Shown in pieces: positions 10,555 to 20,329 of a stretch of 64,000 bases of DNA. Where the stretch lies: assembly GCA_000004985.1 (NCBI GenBank), contig GG738873.1, one strand, 5' to 3'. A program made the translations under genes and the position numbers. The notes under the pieces were generated by a model. That model was given only the letters and a program-made list of their open reading frames with translations. It ran no database searches and had not been told where the DNA came from. Numbering within the stretch: the first letter of the stretch is position 1; each line of letters starts with the position of its first letter. Origin of the DNA: Naegleria gruberi (Eukaryota).

Positions 10555-11442
10555 TTATCTTTTTGCCTTCAAAAGACCTAAAGCTAAAACGCCCAACCCA
10601 AGTACACCTCCAATAGCTAAACTTGCACCTCCTGCCAGAGCAAGTCCTATCATTCCATCTCTTTCCACCTTCTTTTTCTTTCTTTTGATGAGGGACTTCA
10701 ACCTAAGACCTTGTTCATTTTGATAATCAAAATCTAAAAGCTTTGCAACAGCTGATTCGGCCTTTGCATAATCCCTTAAAAAGAAAAATCCCAATGAAAT
10801 CAAATATAAACAATCTCTCTTATAATGTGACGAATCATCAACCATAATTTCATTAAATATATCACTGTGATCTCTTAGGATTGATTCTAACAGTTTAATT
10901 CCTTTATGTATTAAAGCTTCATTTCCTGACTTGACATATAGAATAGCCAATGTGAAAGATGACTGTGCTCTCTCCTTTTCATTACTACTTGTCTCCAATA
11001 ATTGTTCAGCTGATTCAATCATGTCACTTGTAATAAACTTTTGCTCTTCCTCCAATGATTTTTCCAGAAAATCCAAATATTCATCTTCGTCATTTCTATC
11101 CAATTTTCTAGCATGATGAGTTTCCATATTATTATCAACAATAGTTGTTGTATTCTTATTATAATCTACACTATTAAAATATTTATCATAACCATTAATA
11201 AGTGGTGATTGAATAGTTGGATCAATCAAATTATTATCATTTGATATGCTAGTTGTTTCGATTTGTAGTTGTGATGAAGAATTGTTATCCGAAGGTGCAA
11301 CATCACTATCATGATCGGCAGTTGAAGCACCAATAGCACTAGTACTGATGGTACTGCTATCCAATTCTCTTTCTTCCTCTGATTTTGGTGGGCCAATGTA
11401 AACCATTTTTATTCTTGTTGTTTTTCTATTAATAATTTTCAA
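10555..11442 (-). CDS. fis1: Mitochondrial/peroxisomal fission protein Fis1 homologue (TPR-like domain plus C-terminal tail anchor), with a ~120-aa low-complexity N-terminal extension
   Basis: C-terminal half aligns with Fis1. ERAQSSFTLAILYVKSGNEALIHKGIKLLESIL…RDCLYLISLGFFFLRDYAKAESAVAKLL…NEQ matches Fis1 …KSQFEYAWCLVRS…IRKGIVLLEELL…RDYVFYLAVGNYRLKEYEKALKYV…NNQ. A single C-terminal TM, GLALAGGASLAIGGVLGLGVLALGLL, is followed by KAKR. Confidence 0.7.
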   Translation of the reverse strand: MKIINRKTTRIKMVYIGPPKSEEERELDSSTISTSAIGASTADHDSDVAPSDNNSSSQLQIETTSISNDNNLIDPTIQSPLINGYDKYFNSVDYNKNTTTIVDNNMETHHARKLDRNDEDEYLDFLEKSLEEEQKFITSDMIESAEQLLETSSNEKERAQSSFTLAILYVKSGNEALIHKGIKLLESILRDHSDIFNEIMVDDSSHYKRDCLYLISLGFFFLRDYAKAESAVAKLLDFDYQNEQGLRLKSLIKRKKKKVERDGMIGLALAGGASLAIGGVLGLGVLALGLLKAKR

Positions 11443-11947
11443 GTATTGATTGCTTTCTAATTGAGTTCTATGTTTTGTAAAATTATCAAAATTTGTAATT
11501 GGCTAATAATTAGTGTAGAGTAATTTAATAAATTAACAGTCAATTAGAAGGGTAATGATGTGGAATTTGTTTTTTTAATATTTGCATTGAATTTCATCAT
11601 GATGATGATTTGAAAAAGTAATACGCCAATCAAATATTTACACAAATTAATATCAACTCCATATCTTGACAATACTCTAAATTCATCCGAGTCAATTAGA
11701 CAACTTATTTCTTCATGAAGAGAAGAACCACATCATCACAACTGTCGGAGGGAAAAAAGTAAAAAATTTTCTTCATCAATAGGAAATAGAAAGAGAAAAT
11801 AGCGCACATAGGCATTCTAGTATTGAAATGAATGTATTTTCAATATAATCCCTTCATTCTCATCATTGAATTTGCTATGAAGAGAAAGGTGACTTGCCTC
11901 TGGCGACAATAAAAAGCTTTGTAACAATTTGTTGTTGAAGAAAAAAA

Positions 11948-13855
11948 ATGTCATCAAAGTCGAAGAAGGGTAGTAGTTCCGGAGAAGAAACACTTACTCG
12001 TATTGCTATCGTTAGCGAAGATCGATGCAAACCAAAGAAGTGTTCTCAAGAATGTAAAAAATCATGTCCTGTTGTTCGTATTGGTAAACTCTGTATTGAA
12101 GTTAAACCAACCGATAAAATTGCCTTCTTATCTGAAGAATTGTGTGTTGGTTGTGGTATTTGCGTCAAGAAGTGTCCATTTGAAGCTATTCAAATTATCA
12201 ACTTGCCAAAGAACCTTGAAAAGGAAACCACTCACAGATATGGTCCAAACTCTTTCAAACTCCACAGATTGCCACTTCCACGTCCAGGACAAGTTCTTGG
12301 TTTAGTCGGAACCAATGGTATTGGTAAATCAACAGCTTTGAAGATTTTAGCTGGTAAGGAAAAGCCAAACTTGGGTCAATTTGCCAAGCCACCAGAATGG
12401 ACAGAAATCTTGGCCTATTTCCGTGGAAGTGAATTACAATCATATTTTACTAAACTTTTGGAAGATAACTTGAAGACTACTATGAAGCCACAATACGTCG
12501 ATCAAATTCCTCGTGCCGTCAAGGGTAAAGTTCTCCCTATGCTTAAGAGTAAGGATGAAAGAGAAGTTTTGCAAGATCAAATTGAAAAGCTTGATTTGGG
12601 AAGTGTTTTGGATAGAGAAATTGGTGACTTGTCTGGAGGTGAATTGCAACGTTTTGCTATTGCCATTGTCTGTGTTCGTAAAGCTGATGTTTACATGTTT
12701 GACGAACCATCATCATATTTGGATGTTAAACAAAGATTGCAAGCTGCTCAAGTTATTAGAGATCTTTTGAGTCACGACAACTATGTTATTGTCGTTGAAC
12801 ACGATTTGAGTATTTTGGATTATTTGAGTGACTTTATCTGTTGTTTATATGGTGTTCCTGGTGCTTATGGTGTTGTTACTATGCCTTTCTCTGTTAGAGA
12901 AGGTATTAACATTTTCTTGGCAGGTTTCGTTCCAACTGAAAACTTGCGTTTCAGAGAAGATGCTTTGAACTTCAAGGCCAGTGAAAATCTTGAAGAAATT
13001 GAAGAATCTGCCTCAAGAAAGACCTATTCTTATCCTGCTATGAAGAAGTCTTTCGGTAAGGCTTTCGAATTGAGCGTTTGCCCTGGTTCATTCTCTGCTT
13101 CTGAAATTGTTGTCTTGTTGGGTGAAAACGGTACTGGTAAAACTACTTTCATTAAGATGCTTGCTGGTAAGGAACAACCTGATGATCCTTCTGTCAATGT
13201 TCCTGAATTGAGTGTTTCATTCAAGCCTCAAACTATTGCTCCAAAGTATCCTGGTTCAGTTAAAGATTTATTGTTGACAAAGATTAGAGAAGCTTTCTCT
13301 CATCCTCAATTCAATGCTGATGTTTTGAAGCCAATGAGTATTGGTCACTTGATGGATCAAAGAGTTCAATTCTTGTCTGGTGGTGAATTGCAAAGAGTTG
13401 CCTTGGTTTTGGCTTTGGGTACTCCTGCTGATGTTTATTTGATTGATGAACCTAGTGCTTATTTGGATTCTGAACAACGTCTCCATGCTGCTAAGGTCAT
13501 TAAGAGATTCATTCTCCACACCAAGAAGACTGCTTTCATTGTAGAACACGACTTTATCATGGCTACTTATCTTGCTGATAGAGTTATTGTCTATGAAGGT
13601 GTTCCTTCAGTTAAGGCTCTTGCCAACTCTCCACAAGCTTTGCTCAGTGGTATGAACAAGTTCTTAAAGTCACTCAACATTACTTTCCGTCGTGATCCAA
13701 CCAACTATAGACCACGTATCAATAAGTTGAACTCTATGAAGGATAAGGAACAAAAAGAACAAGGAAATTATTTCTTCCTCGATGATGATGAAGATGAAGA
13801 AGAAAAGTCAAACAAGAAGAAGACTGAAAAGAAGAATACTGAAAAGAAGAAGTAA
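11948..13855 (+). CDS. abcE1: ABCE1 / RNase L inhibitor (Rli1): Fe-S-cluster ABC ATPase
   Basis: N-terminal RLI domain with two 4Fe-4S ferredoxin motifs ([27 protein letters not shown]). Twin ABC cassettes with Walker [10 protein letters not shown] and GENGTGKTT, and signature LSGGELQR twice. Length 635 aa. Confidence 0.95.
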   Translation: MSSKSKKGSSSGEETLTRIAIVSEDRCKPKKCSQECKKSCPVVRIGKLCIEVKPTDKIAFLSEELCVGCGICVKKCPFEAIQIINLPKNLEKETTHRYGPNSFKLHRLPLPRPGQVLGLVGTNGIGKSTALKILAGKEKPNLGQFAKPPEWTEILAYFRGSELQSYFTKLLEDNLKTTMKPQYVDQIPRAVKGKVLPMLKSKDEREVLQDQIEKLDLGSVLDREIGDLSGGELQRFAIAIVCVRKADVYMFDEPSSYLDVKQRLQAAQVIRDLLSHDNYVIVVEHDLSILDYLSDFICCLYGVPGAYGVVTMPFSVREGINIFLAGFVPTENLRFREDALNFKASENLEEIEESASRKTYSYPAMKKSFGKAFELSVCPGSFSASEIVVLLGENGTGKTTFIKMLAGKEQPDDPSVNVPELSVSFKPQTIAPKYPGSVKDLLLTKIREAFSHPQFNADVLKPMSIGHLMDQRVQFLSGGELQRVALVLALGTPADVYLIDEPSAYLDSEQRLHAAKVIKRFILHTKKTAFIVEHDFIMATYLADRVIVYEGVPSVKALANSPQALLSGMNKFLKSLNITFRRDPTNYRPRINKLNSMKDKEQKEQGNYFFLDDDEDEEEKSNKKKTEKKNTEKKK

Positions 13856-14354
13856 ATTAATTCCCTAATACTAATACCCAAACCAATTCCCTCCCAAAAT
13901 TTTGGTTCTCCCTCTTTAACAAATAGCTACTCTAGTAAACAATAATTATTTAATTCATATTCCAATTCTTTAAATCAATATTTCTGAACTACCTTATTCG
14001 AATCTAGATTAGGGATGTTGCTCTAACAAAAATTTGAATTGGTAATTTACAATAGTGGTGAACTTGTCTCTAAAAGGTTCTCAATAATTATTCAATTTCT
14101 TACCCCAGACCTCAATTTCTCTGCATAACCACAACAATAAAAAAATTAGCGAGAATTGAAGGTAGGTGTCAGCATAGAATGTTCCCATATTCATAACCAT
14201 CCTACTGTAACTGAATTATATTATCATCACAAATGTTATTAAAATAATACCGTCACCAACTTCATCATACTATTTGGTGTTTATCTGTCAATACAATGAA
14301 CGGAATATTTTAATGACCATTTTGGAATTATTGGATGAATTGATCACCATATAG

Positions 14355-15512
14355 ATGGGTTATGATTTAAAACTTATTAGTTGTTCTGCCAGTGAATCAA
14401 TTGCTGAGAATATTGCACAATATTTGGATGTCAAAATTTGTAAATCAAAGAAAGTCAAATTTGCTGATGGTATGTAAATATTCAAATAATCGGAATGAAA
14501 TTATAATACAAGGATTCAATTATAGGTGAATGTTATGTACAAATCAATGAAAATGTTCGTGGAAGGTAAATTTCAAAGATAACATTTTGCTAATAATTAT
14601 TTCAGTGATGCTTTTGTTGTTCAATCCATGTCTGATCCAGTTAATGATAATTTCATGGAAATGTTGTTGATGATTGATGCTTTGAAGAGATCTAGTGTGA
14701 ATAGAATTAATGTTGTCATTACTTATTATGCATATGCAAGACAAGACAGAAAGACCAAATCAAGAGTTCCAATTAGTGCAGCTCTTCTTGCTAAATTAAT
14801 TGAAGCAGCTGGTGCTGATCACGTAGTTTGTGTTGATTTGCATGCTGGACAAATTGAAGGATACTTTTCAATTCCAGTTGACAATGTCAGTGTTGGTCGT
14901 TCAGTTTTATCTGCATTGATTAGAAAAGTTCATGATTTGAGTCCAAAATTGACAATTGTTTCACCTGATGCTGCAGGTGGTAGTAGAGCTGATGTTCAAT
15001 TGCAATATGTTACAAAGCATTATGAAAAATTTGGAGATGCTCAAATTGCTGTCATGAACAAGTGGAAGAAGGCTAAATCTGCAACCAACACTGATTGTTG
15101 GAATGATTTCAAACCAGCTAGCTCTGCACCAAATACTTTGCCAACTAAGGATGATAAGTTACCATGGCTTATGGAACTTGTCGGTGAAGTTAATGGAAGA
15201 GATTGTATCATTGTTGATGATATTGTGGATACAGCTGGTACTTTGTGCAGTGCTGCCAAGTGTTTGAAGGAACAAGGAGCCACCAGAGTTTTTGCCTGCG
15301 TAACTCACGGATTGTTGAATGGACCTGCTCTTCAAAGAATTAACGATTCCCCAGATTTGGATATGCTTATCATTTCCAATACTGTTAATCAATCTGAAGA
15401 AGTATTAAGCAGTTCCAAGATTATGGTTGTGGATGTAAGTGAGGTTTTGGGTGAAACCATTCGTCGTATCCATAATGATGAATCTTTGAATAACATTTTA
15501 TTCCAGAAATAA
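14355..15512 (+). CDS. prps: Ribose-phosphate pyrophosphokinase (PRPP synthetase), 3 exons: 14355..14469, 14526..14565, 14606..15512
   Basis: The spliced product is MGYDLKLISCSASESIAENIAQYLDVKICKSKKVKFADG|ECYVQINENVRGS|DAFVVQSMSDPVNDNFMEMLLMIDALKRSS…VITYYAYARQDRK…. It is colinear with human PRPS1 (…[27 protein letters not shown]…NDNLMELLIMINACK…PYARQDKK). PRPP-binding loop CIIVDDIVDTAGT. Contains an NHR-like insertion (NKWKK…LPWLMEL). Donors are GTATGT at 14470 and GTAAAT at 14566. Confidence 0.85.
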
Positions 15513-15524
15513 ACAACATATTTA

Positions 15525-17505
15525 TTAAACAGAAGGATTGCAGAAGAAGTAGAATTGTTGAATCATGATAATATACTCGATATAACCAACTTGAAAAAGT
15601 AGTGTTAATATTAAATTTTGAATTGAAATAGCTCAACTTACCAAAAGATGCACCAATAAGCGGAATTCTCTTGAATATTGGTAAAAGGATTGACTTTAAG
15701 ATTCTTTCCATTACAATTTCAAATAATGGTCCTCTGTACAAATAATGGGAAAGACTGCTTGTTCTTCTATTCAATTCCTCCTCAATTGTTGACCCAACTT
15801 CAGGTGGAACAGAAGGAGATTTTTCTTTAATATCTTTCTTTACAATTCTGATAGCTCTTCTTGTCAAATAAATAGATGCAAGCTCGATGATTAGAGACAC
15901 AATAAATGGTATCCATGATTTAAATCCATACTTGGAAAGAAGGTAGGCTAGAATATTTTAGAATTTCCAATATTCAAACTAGTGTGAAAAACTTACAATA
16001 AACTACTGGCCTTAATGAATACAAGGTATCTGATATGTACATGAGAATTTTACCAAGTGAACCCTTCAATTCTTCAGTTTGTGGGGAAAGTAACATGAAT
16101 TTATCTCCATCAATATTTAATCCTAATTGTTCTCCCAATTGAGACGTGGTTGGTACATCATCATTTCCACTCTTTAGCATTGCCATTAATTGATCAGATG
16201 AAGGAATTTGTCTTCCACTCCTCGAGCCAACCTTTGGTTTGGCTTGATTTTTATAATTATTTGCAAACTTTTCCATAGAAGCAGATTCCTTGTCAAATGG
16301 GGAATACTTTGGAACTACTGGAAGGAAAGATGCCATTGGAATATTACTGGCCTGTTCATCAGGTGGTAGGATGTTATAATTGAGGAAGAGTGGAGTGTTG
16401 GTTTTGGATTTAGAGGTTGCAAATAATTTAATGATTGCTCTATTTTGGTTAGTAATAGAATTTTGAAAACTTACTTGACAACTTCAGTCATAATTAACAA
16501 ATTCCAATAATTCTTTTTACCATTCTCTCCATATGTTGATCTCTTTTTGAAAATAATTTCAACAAGTAGAATGAAACACTCGAGTAATCTTAAATATTGA
16601 CCTGCTCTGTGATATGGTGAAAATCTATCATCTGATTGAATTCTCTTATTTTGCAACTTGTGCTTATCAGAGACGTAGTCTTGATACCATCCAATTACAG
16701 AAATCACAGTTGAAATCTTTTCAGTTTCATAAATATCATTCAAGAGTGACAAAGTTTCAGAACTTTCATTTTCAACGTCAACATCTGTTCTTGTTTTACT
16801 TCCCAGATACATTAAATTACCAAGACTTTTCATCATTTCAATTCTTCCCTTATTACTAATAATTAACTTTTCGAAAAAGTTCAAAATTTTAGATGGTACA
16901 CTTGTCAATGTAAATTCAGAATCATTCTTGTCATTTTCCAATGATGCTTGTTCATTACTTCTATTTTCTTGAATTGTGGAATTTCTTTCATTTCCTCTTC
17001 TGACAGGTTCTTCCTCTTCAATTGTTAATTCCTCAAATCTTGGAGTTTTAACAGGCTTTTCATAAATTTTAGGTGTTGATGCTTGTGTAGTATTTGGTGT
17101 TTTTAAATCCTCTTCTTTAATTTCATCACTAACATTAGGCTTTTTCAATTCATCATCACTATTAATTTCCTCCTTTTCATCATCAATTGTAAATATATTT
17201 GTTGGTTCGCATTGTTCATCGTCATCAATCTCAACTCTATTAAATTGTTGTTCTTGCTCTCGTTGATTATCCACAATTACCAAAGGCTCTGATGATGAGG
17301 AAGGAAGAGTTTCATCTTTCTCCGAGGCTTTATCAAGGATATTTGTTATTGTATGTTGCATCAGTGAATTAGCATCATCATTACTATTATTATTAGCCTC
17401 TTGAAAATCATCATCATTAATTGTCAGTCCGACCGAGATGTGATGATCATCAGCAGTTGCCAAAAGATTTACTTTAATTTTCCTTTGAGTTGTTTGCGTT
17501 GACAT
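15525..17505 (-). CDS. pex16: Peroxin PEX16 homologue, 4 exons on the minus strand: 17505..16475, 16346..15997, 15947..15642, 15589..15525
   Basis: The C-terminal exons give …YLYRGPLFEIVMERILKSILLPIFKRIPLIGASFG|VGYIEYIIMIQQFYFF…, compare human PEX16 [23 protein letters not shown]…GVGLV…PLMDYLPTWQKIYFY. Exon 1 carries LRLLECFILLVEI, compare LSVLECVEVFMEM. Introns have GTAAGT donors at 16474, 15996 and 15641 on the minus strand. The first ~190 aa are an acidic low-complexity N-terminal extension whose status is uncertain. Confidence 0.65.
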
Positions 17506-17622
17506 TTTTTTCTCCTATTATTTTATTAAATACTGTAATTTTCCTATTTAAAATCATGTATTGGATATTATTACAAATTTATTTAAAATTATTATCTTGT
17601 TAATATAAAAGATTAAATACTA

Positions 17623-18423
17623 TTGAATAAGAACAATAAGAGAAATCAATATTTAAAAAAAATGACTCAACAACCAATTCAATCTCGTCCTATTTTATAT
17701 CTAGTAGGTGATTCCCTCACTGAATATTCAACAAAGCCTGAAGGTCTTCATTCCCGATTATTAAATTGGATGAACATTAAAGTAGATATTATTAATAGAG
17801 GTTATTCAGGCTGGAATACTGATTTGATGAGATTGGCCTTGGAAAAACATTTTGATCAGAGTTTCAATTTATCTAATTCGGAAGATTATAATATTTGTGT
17901 TTTTATTTGTTTGGGAGCTAATGATGCTTCTAGTGCTGAATTACCACTTCCTAGACAACATGTTCCATTGGAGAGATTTGGAGAGAATTTGAAAAAGATT
18001 ATTGAAATGTTGAAGAGTGGATTGAAATGTAAAAAGTTGGATGTCTTGTTGTGCACTCCTCCACCGGTTAATACTCAACAATATGCTGAATTTGTGAAAA
18101 AGTCTTATAATATGGATGTACTTGTGAGAAGTAGGGAGTTGGTAGCTCCATATGCCGAAAGTGTTAGAAATATTGTGAAAGAGTCTGTATCAGATGATAA
18201 GTTTAAGGTTCATTTGGTGGATTTGTGGACACACGATTGGGAATCTGAAGAATGCTTTACGGATGGTTTACATTTCAATTCTAAGGGATATGAAATCATG
18301 TTCGAAAGTTTGAAACAAACAATTAAGAGCAGTGTTCCTAATTTCAACGGTGACTCAATGCCATTTTCTCATATGTATTGGAGAGATTATCTTGATTATT
18401 ATTCTAAACAAGATTCACAATAA
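17623..18423 (+). CDS. SGNH/GDSL hydrolase (Iah1-like esterase)
   Basis: Block I ILYLVGDSLTEY (GDS(L)), block III ICLGANDA, block V TDGLHFNSKGYEIM (DxxH). Length 266 aa. Confidence 0.8.
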   Translation: MNKNNKRNQYLKKMTQQPIQSRPILYLVGDSLTEYSTKPEGLHSRLLNWMNIKVDIINRGYSGWNTDLMRLALEKHFDQSFNLSNSEDYNICVFICLGANDASSAELPLPRQHVPLERFGENLKKIIEMLKSGLKCKKLDVLLCTPPPVNTQQYAEFVKKSYNMDVLVRSRELVAPYAESVRNIVKESVSDDKFKVHLVDLWTHDWESEECFTDGLHFNSKGYEIMFESLKQTIKSSVPNFNGDSMPFSHMYWRDYLDYYSKQDSQ

Positions 18424-18760
18424 TTCAAAATATTGATATTATAATGTGAGCATATCTTGCTAATTGATCATCCTTATTGAAACCAACAACTTGGAAGGAT
18501 ATTGACTTTACTAAACTCAAAAGATAATGTTACAATCTCATTCGTGTCGCAACCTTTTTCTGGATGATACATTCACCCGCTCATTAATTAGCAGCATTGA
18601 CGTATCTTCATCCAAACATGGGATCACTATTCAGCGTGATAGCTTTTTATCCGTTCTCCAAAAACCTATGTTAAATTCTTATTGGTTATGCTCTCCTTGT
18701 GTTCTCCACCGTGATAGTGTCAAGAATTGAGAATGAATTGAATATTTATCTTTAAAAAAA

Positions 18761-19817
18761 ATGACAAAGGGAGGTCAACTTGGATTTGCTTTGATATGTT
18801 TGTTTTCATTGTGTCTATTGTTGCATGTTGAGCATGTTTGGATGTCTCGTCCTAATTGTGCCTCAACAATCAGCACGACCAGTGCCAAAACAAGTGATTC
18901 ATTTAAGAAGAACACTCTCCAAATGCATGCAACTGAAGAAGAAGATTTTGAAATGATGCATGCAGTTACTGTCTTGGGCAGAGGGGGTGGTCGTGGTGGC
19001 AGAGGTGGCAGAGGTGGCCGTAGTGGTCGTGGAGGTACGAGGAGGTAAGGGAGGTAGAGGTGGATCTGCAGGTCGTGGAGGTAGAGGAGGTAGAGGAGGT
19101 CGTGGAGGCAGAGGTGGAAAAGGTGGAAAAGGTGGACGTGGAGGTAAAGGTGGTAAAGGTCGTGGACGTGGTGGAAGAGCTGGAAAATCAGGTAAAGGTG
19201 CAAAAGGTTCTAAAGGAGCCAAATCATCTACTGCCAAGTCAACCAAAGCCAGCAAAGCCCAAGGAAGAAGATCTAAAACATCCGTTTCAGCTTCTCGTTT
19301 GGGAACAGCAACTGGATTCACCTCCATCTCCTCTATCAGTCAAGTTAAAGAGCAAAAGGAGACCAGTAGAACTGGAACTAAATCAGAATCAGGAGGTTTA
19401 CGTTTCTCTAATGCTGCATTGTTGACAGCATTGAATTCTCCTGCACTATTTAATGGTATTCTTGGACCTACTTCATTGGATTTACCACAAGTTCAATTCA
19501 CATCATATTCTAATACAACATGTGTTGCATGTCAAGTTGAATGTAAAAAGAAGTGGAATGGTTTGGGACATAGATCTCTCTTTACAACATGCAAACATGA
19601 ATTTTTCTATTATGGATGTGAGAAGGCAACACCATGTTTGAGAACTAATAGTGCAACCACAAAAGAAACAGAATCGATGATTGCCATCTGTCTACACAGA
19701 AATGAATGCACATTGGAACCAAGTATTACTTTGGAATATTCTCAAAGATACAAGAATAGTGCTCTTTCAAAGATGATTGCAGATATTGCAACTTCCAATC
19801 AAGATCCAAGAAATTAA
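18761..19817 (+). CDS. Secreted RGG/GGK-repeat protein with a Cys-rich C-terminal domain, copy 1. The reading frame shifts by 1 nt near 19040-19048 inside the GGR repeat.
   Basis: Signal-peptide-like N-terminus MTKGGQLGFALICLFSLCLLL, then an (RGG)n/(KGG)n block, a Lys/Ser-rich block and a conserved 8-Cys domain (…TTCVACQVECKKKWNGLG.RSLFTTCKHEFFYYGCEK.TPCL…). The two ORF-track pieces (18761..19048 and 18960..19817) join if one base in 'ggt acg agg' is removed. This is a paralogue of 37345..38610 on the minus strand. Confidence 0.55.
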
Positions 19818-20106
19818 ACTTGTTTTTTACTTGGAAATTGATTAATATTGTATTCTATTGTATGCAAAGTTATCAGATCAATTCATAAGATCAAATAAGA
19901 TTCCAATAACACAGACGATATAGCAAGTGTTTCTCAGAAAGTAACGAAATGAAGAAACTTGATTGTTAAAAGGAATGAGTGAAGTTGCTGATTTCAATTT
20001 AGACGATTCGTTCTCTAGAAATGACTCTTCGAATATAATGAGACAGTGAACAAATCACTTTTCAAAAGAAACTTAACAGAAAAGAAATGGCTCAACACAT
20101 CTGGCA

Positions 20107-20201
20107 NNNNNNNNNNNNNNNNNNNNNNNNNNNNNNNNNNNNNNNNNNNNNNNNNNNNNNNNNNNNNNNNNNNNNNNNNNNNNNNNNNNNNNNNNNNNNN
20201 N
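20107..20201. other. Assembly gap (run of N); an additional single N lies at 20275
   Basis: Literal n characters in the sequence. Confidence 1.
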
Positions 20202-20329
20202 TTATTTGACAGCTGTCATGTGGAAAGATGTTGCTAATGAATACAAGTTAAAATCAACAGGAGATTTAAATACANCTTCTCAAACAACAACATGATCTAA
20301 ATATTGCCTACATTCCTACTAATTCGAAA

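Noticed and set aside
13856-14355. Searched the AT-rich intergenic spacers (e.g. 13856-14355, 35327-35942, 46732-47186, 61942-62820) for tRNA genes
   Set aside because: I found no convincing cloverleaf with a GTTCGA/GTTCAA T-loop and matching acceptor stem. The only Pol III gene I can support is the 5S rRNA at 53461-53578.
18775-19327. Pro-rich ORFs (PLPPLPPRPP…) antisense to the RGG gene, and the equivalent 37802..38629 ORF on the other copy
   Set aside because: They are the reverse-complement reading of the (GGN)n codon repeats (GGA/GGT ↔ TCC/ACC = P/S/T) and sit fully inside better-supported sense genes.
19453-19641. 62-aa ORF found identically at 19453..19641 (+) and 37524..37712 (−)
   Set aside because: It is antisense to the conserved Cys-domain coding sequence of both RGG paralogues. 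Its duplication just reflects the near-identity of that tract and is not an independent gene.
20046-20237. ORF spanning the N-run
   Set aside because: The translation consists mostly of X across the assembly gap and is not interpretable.
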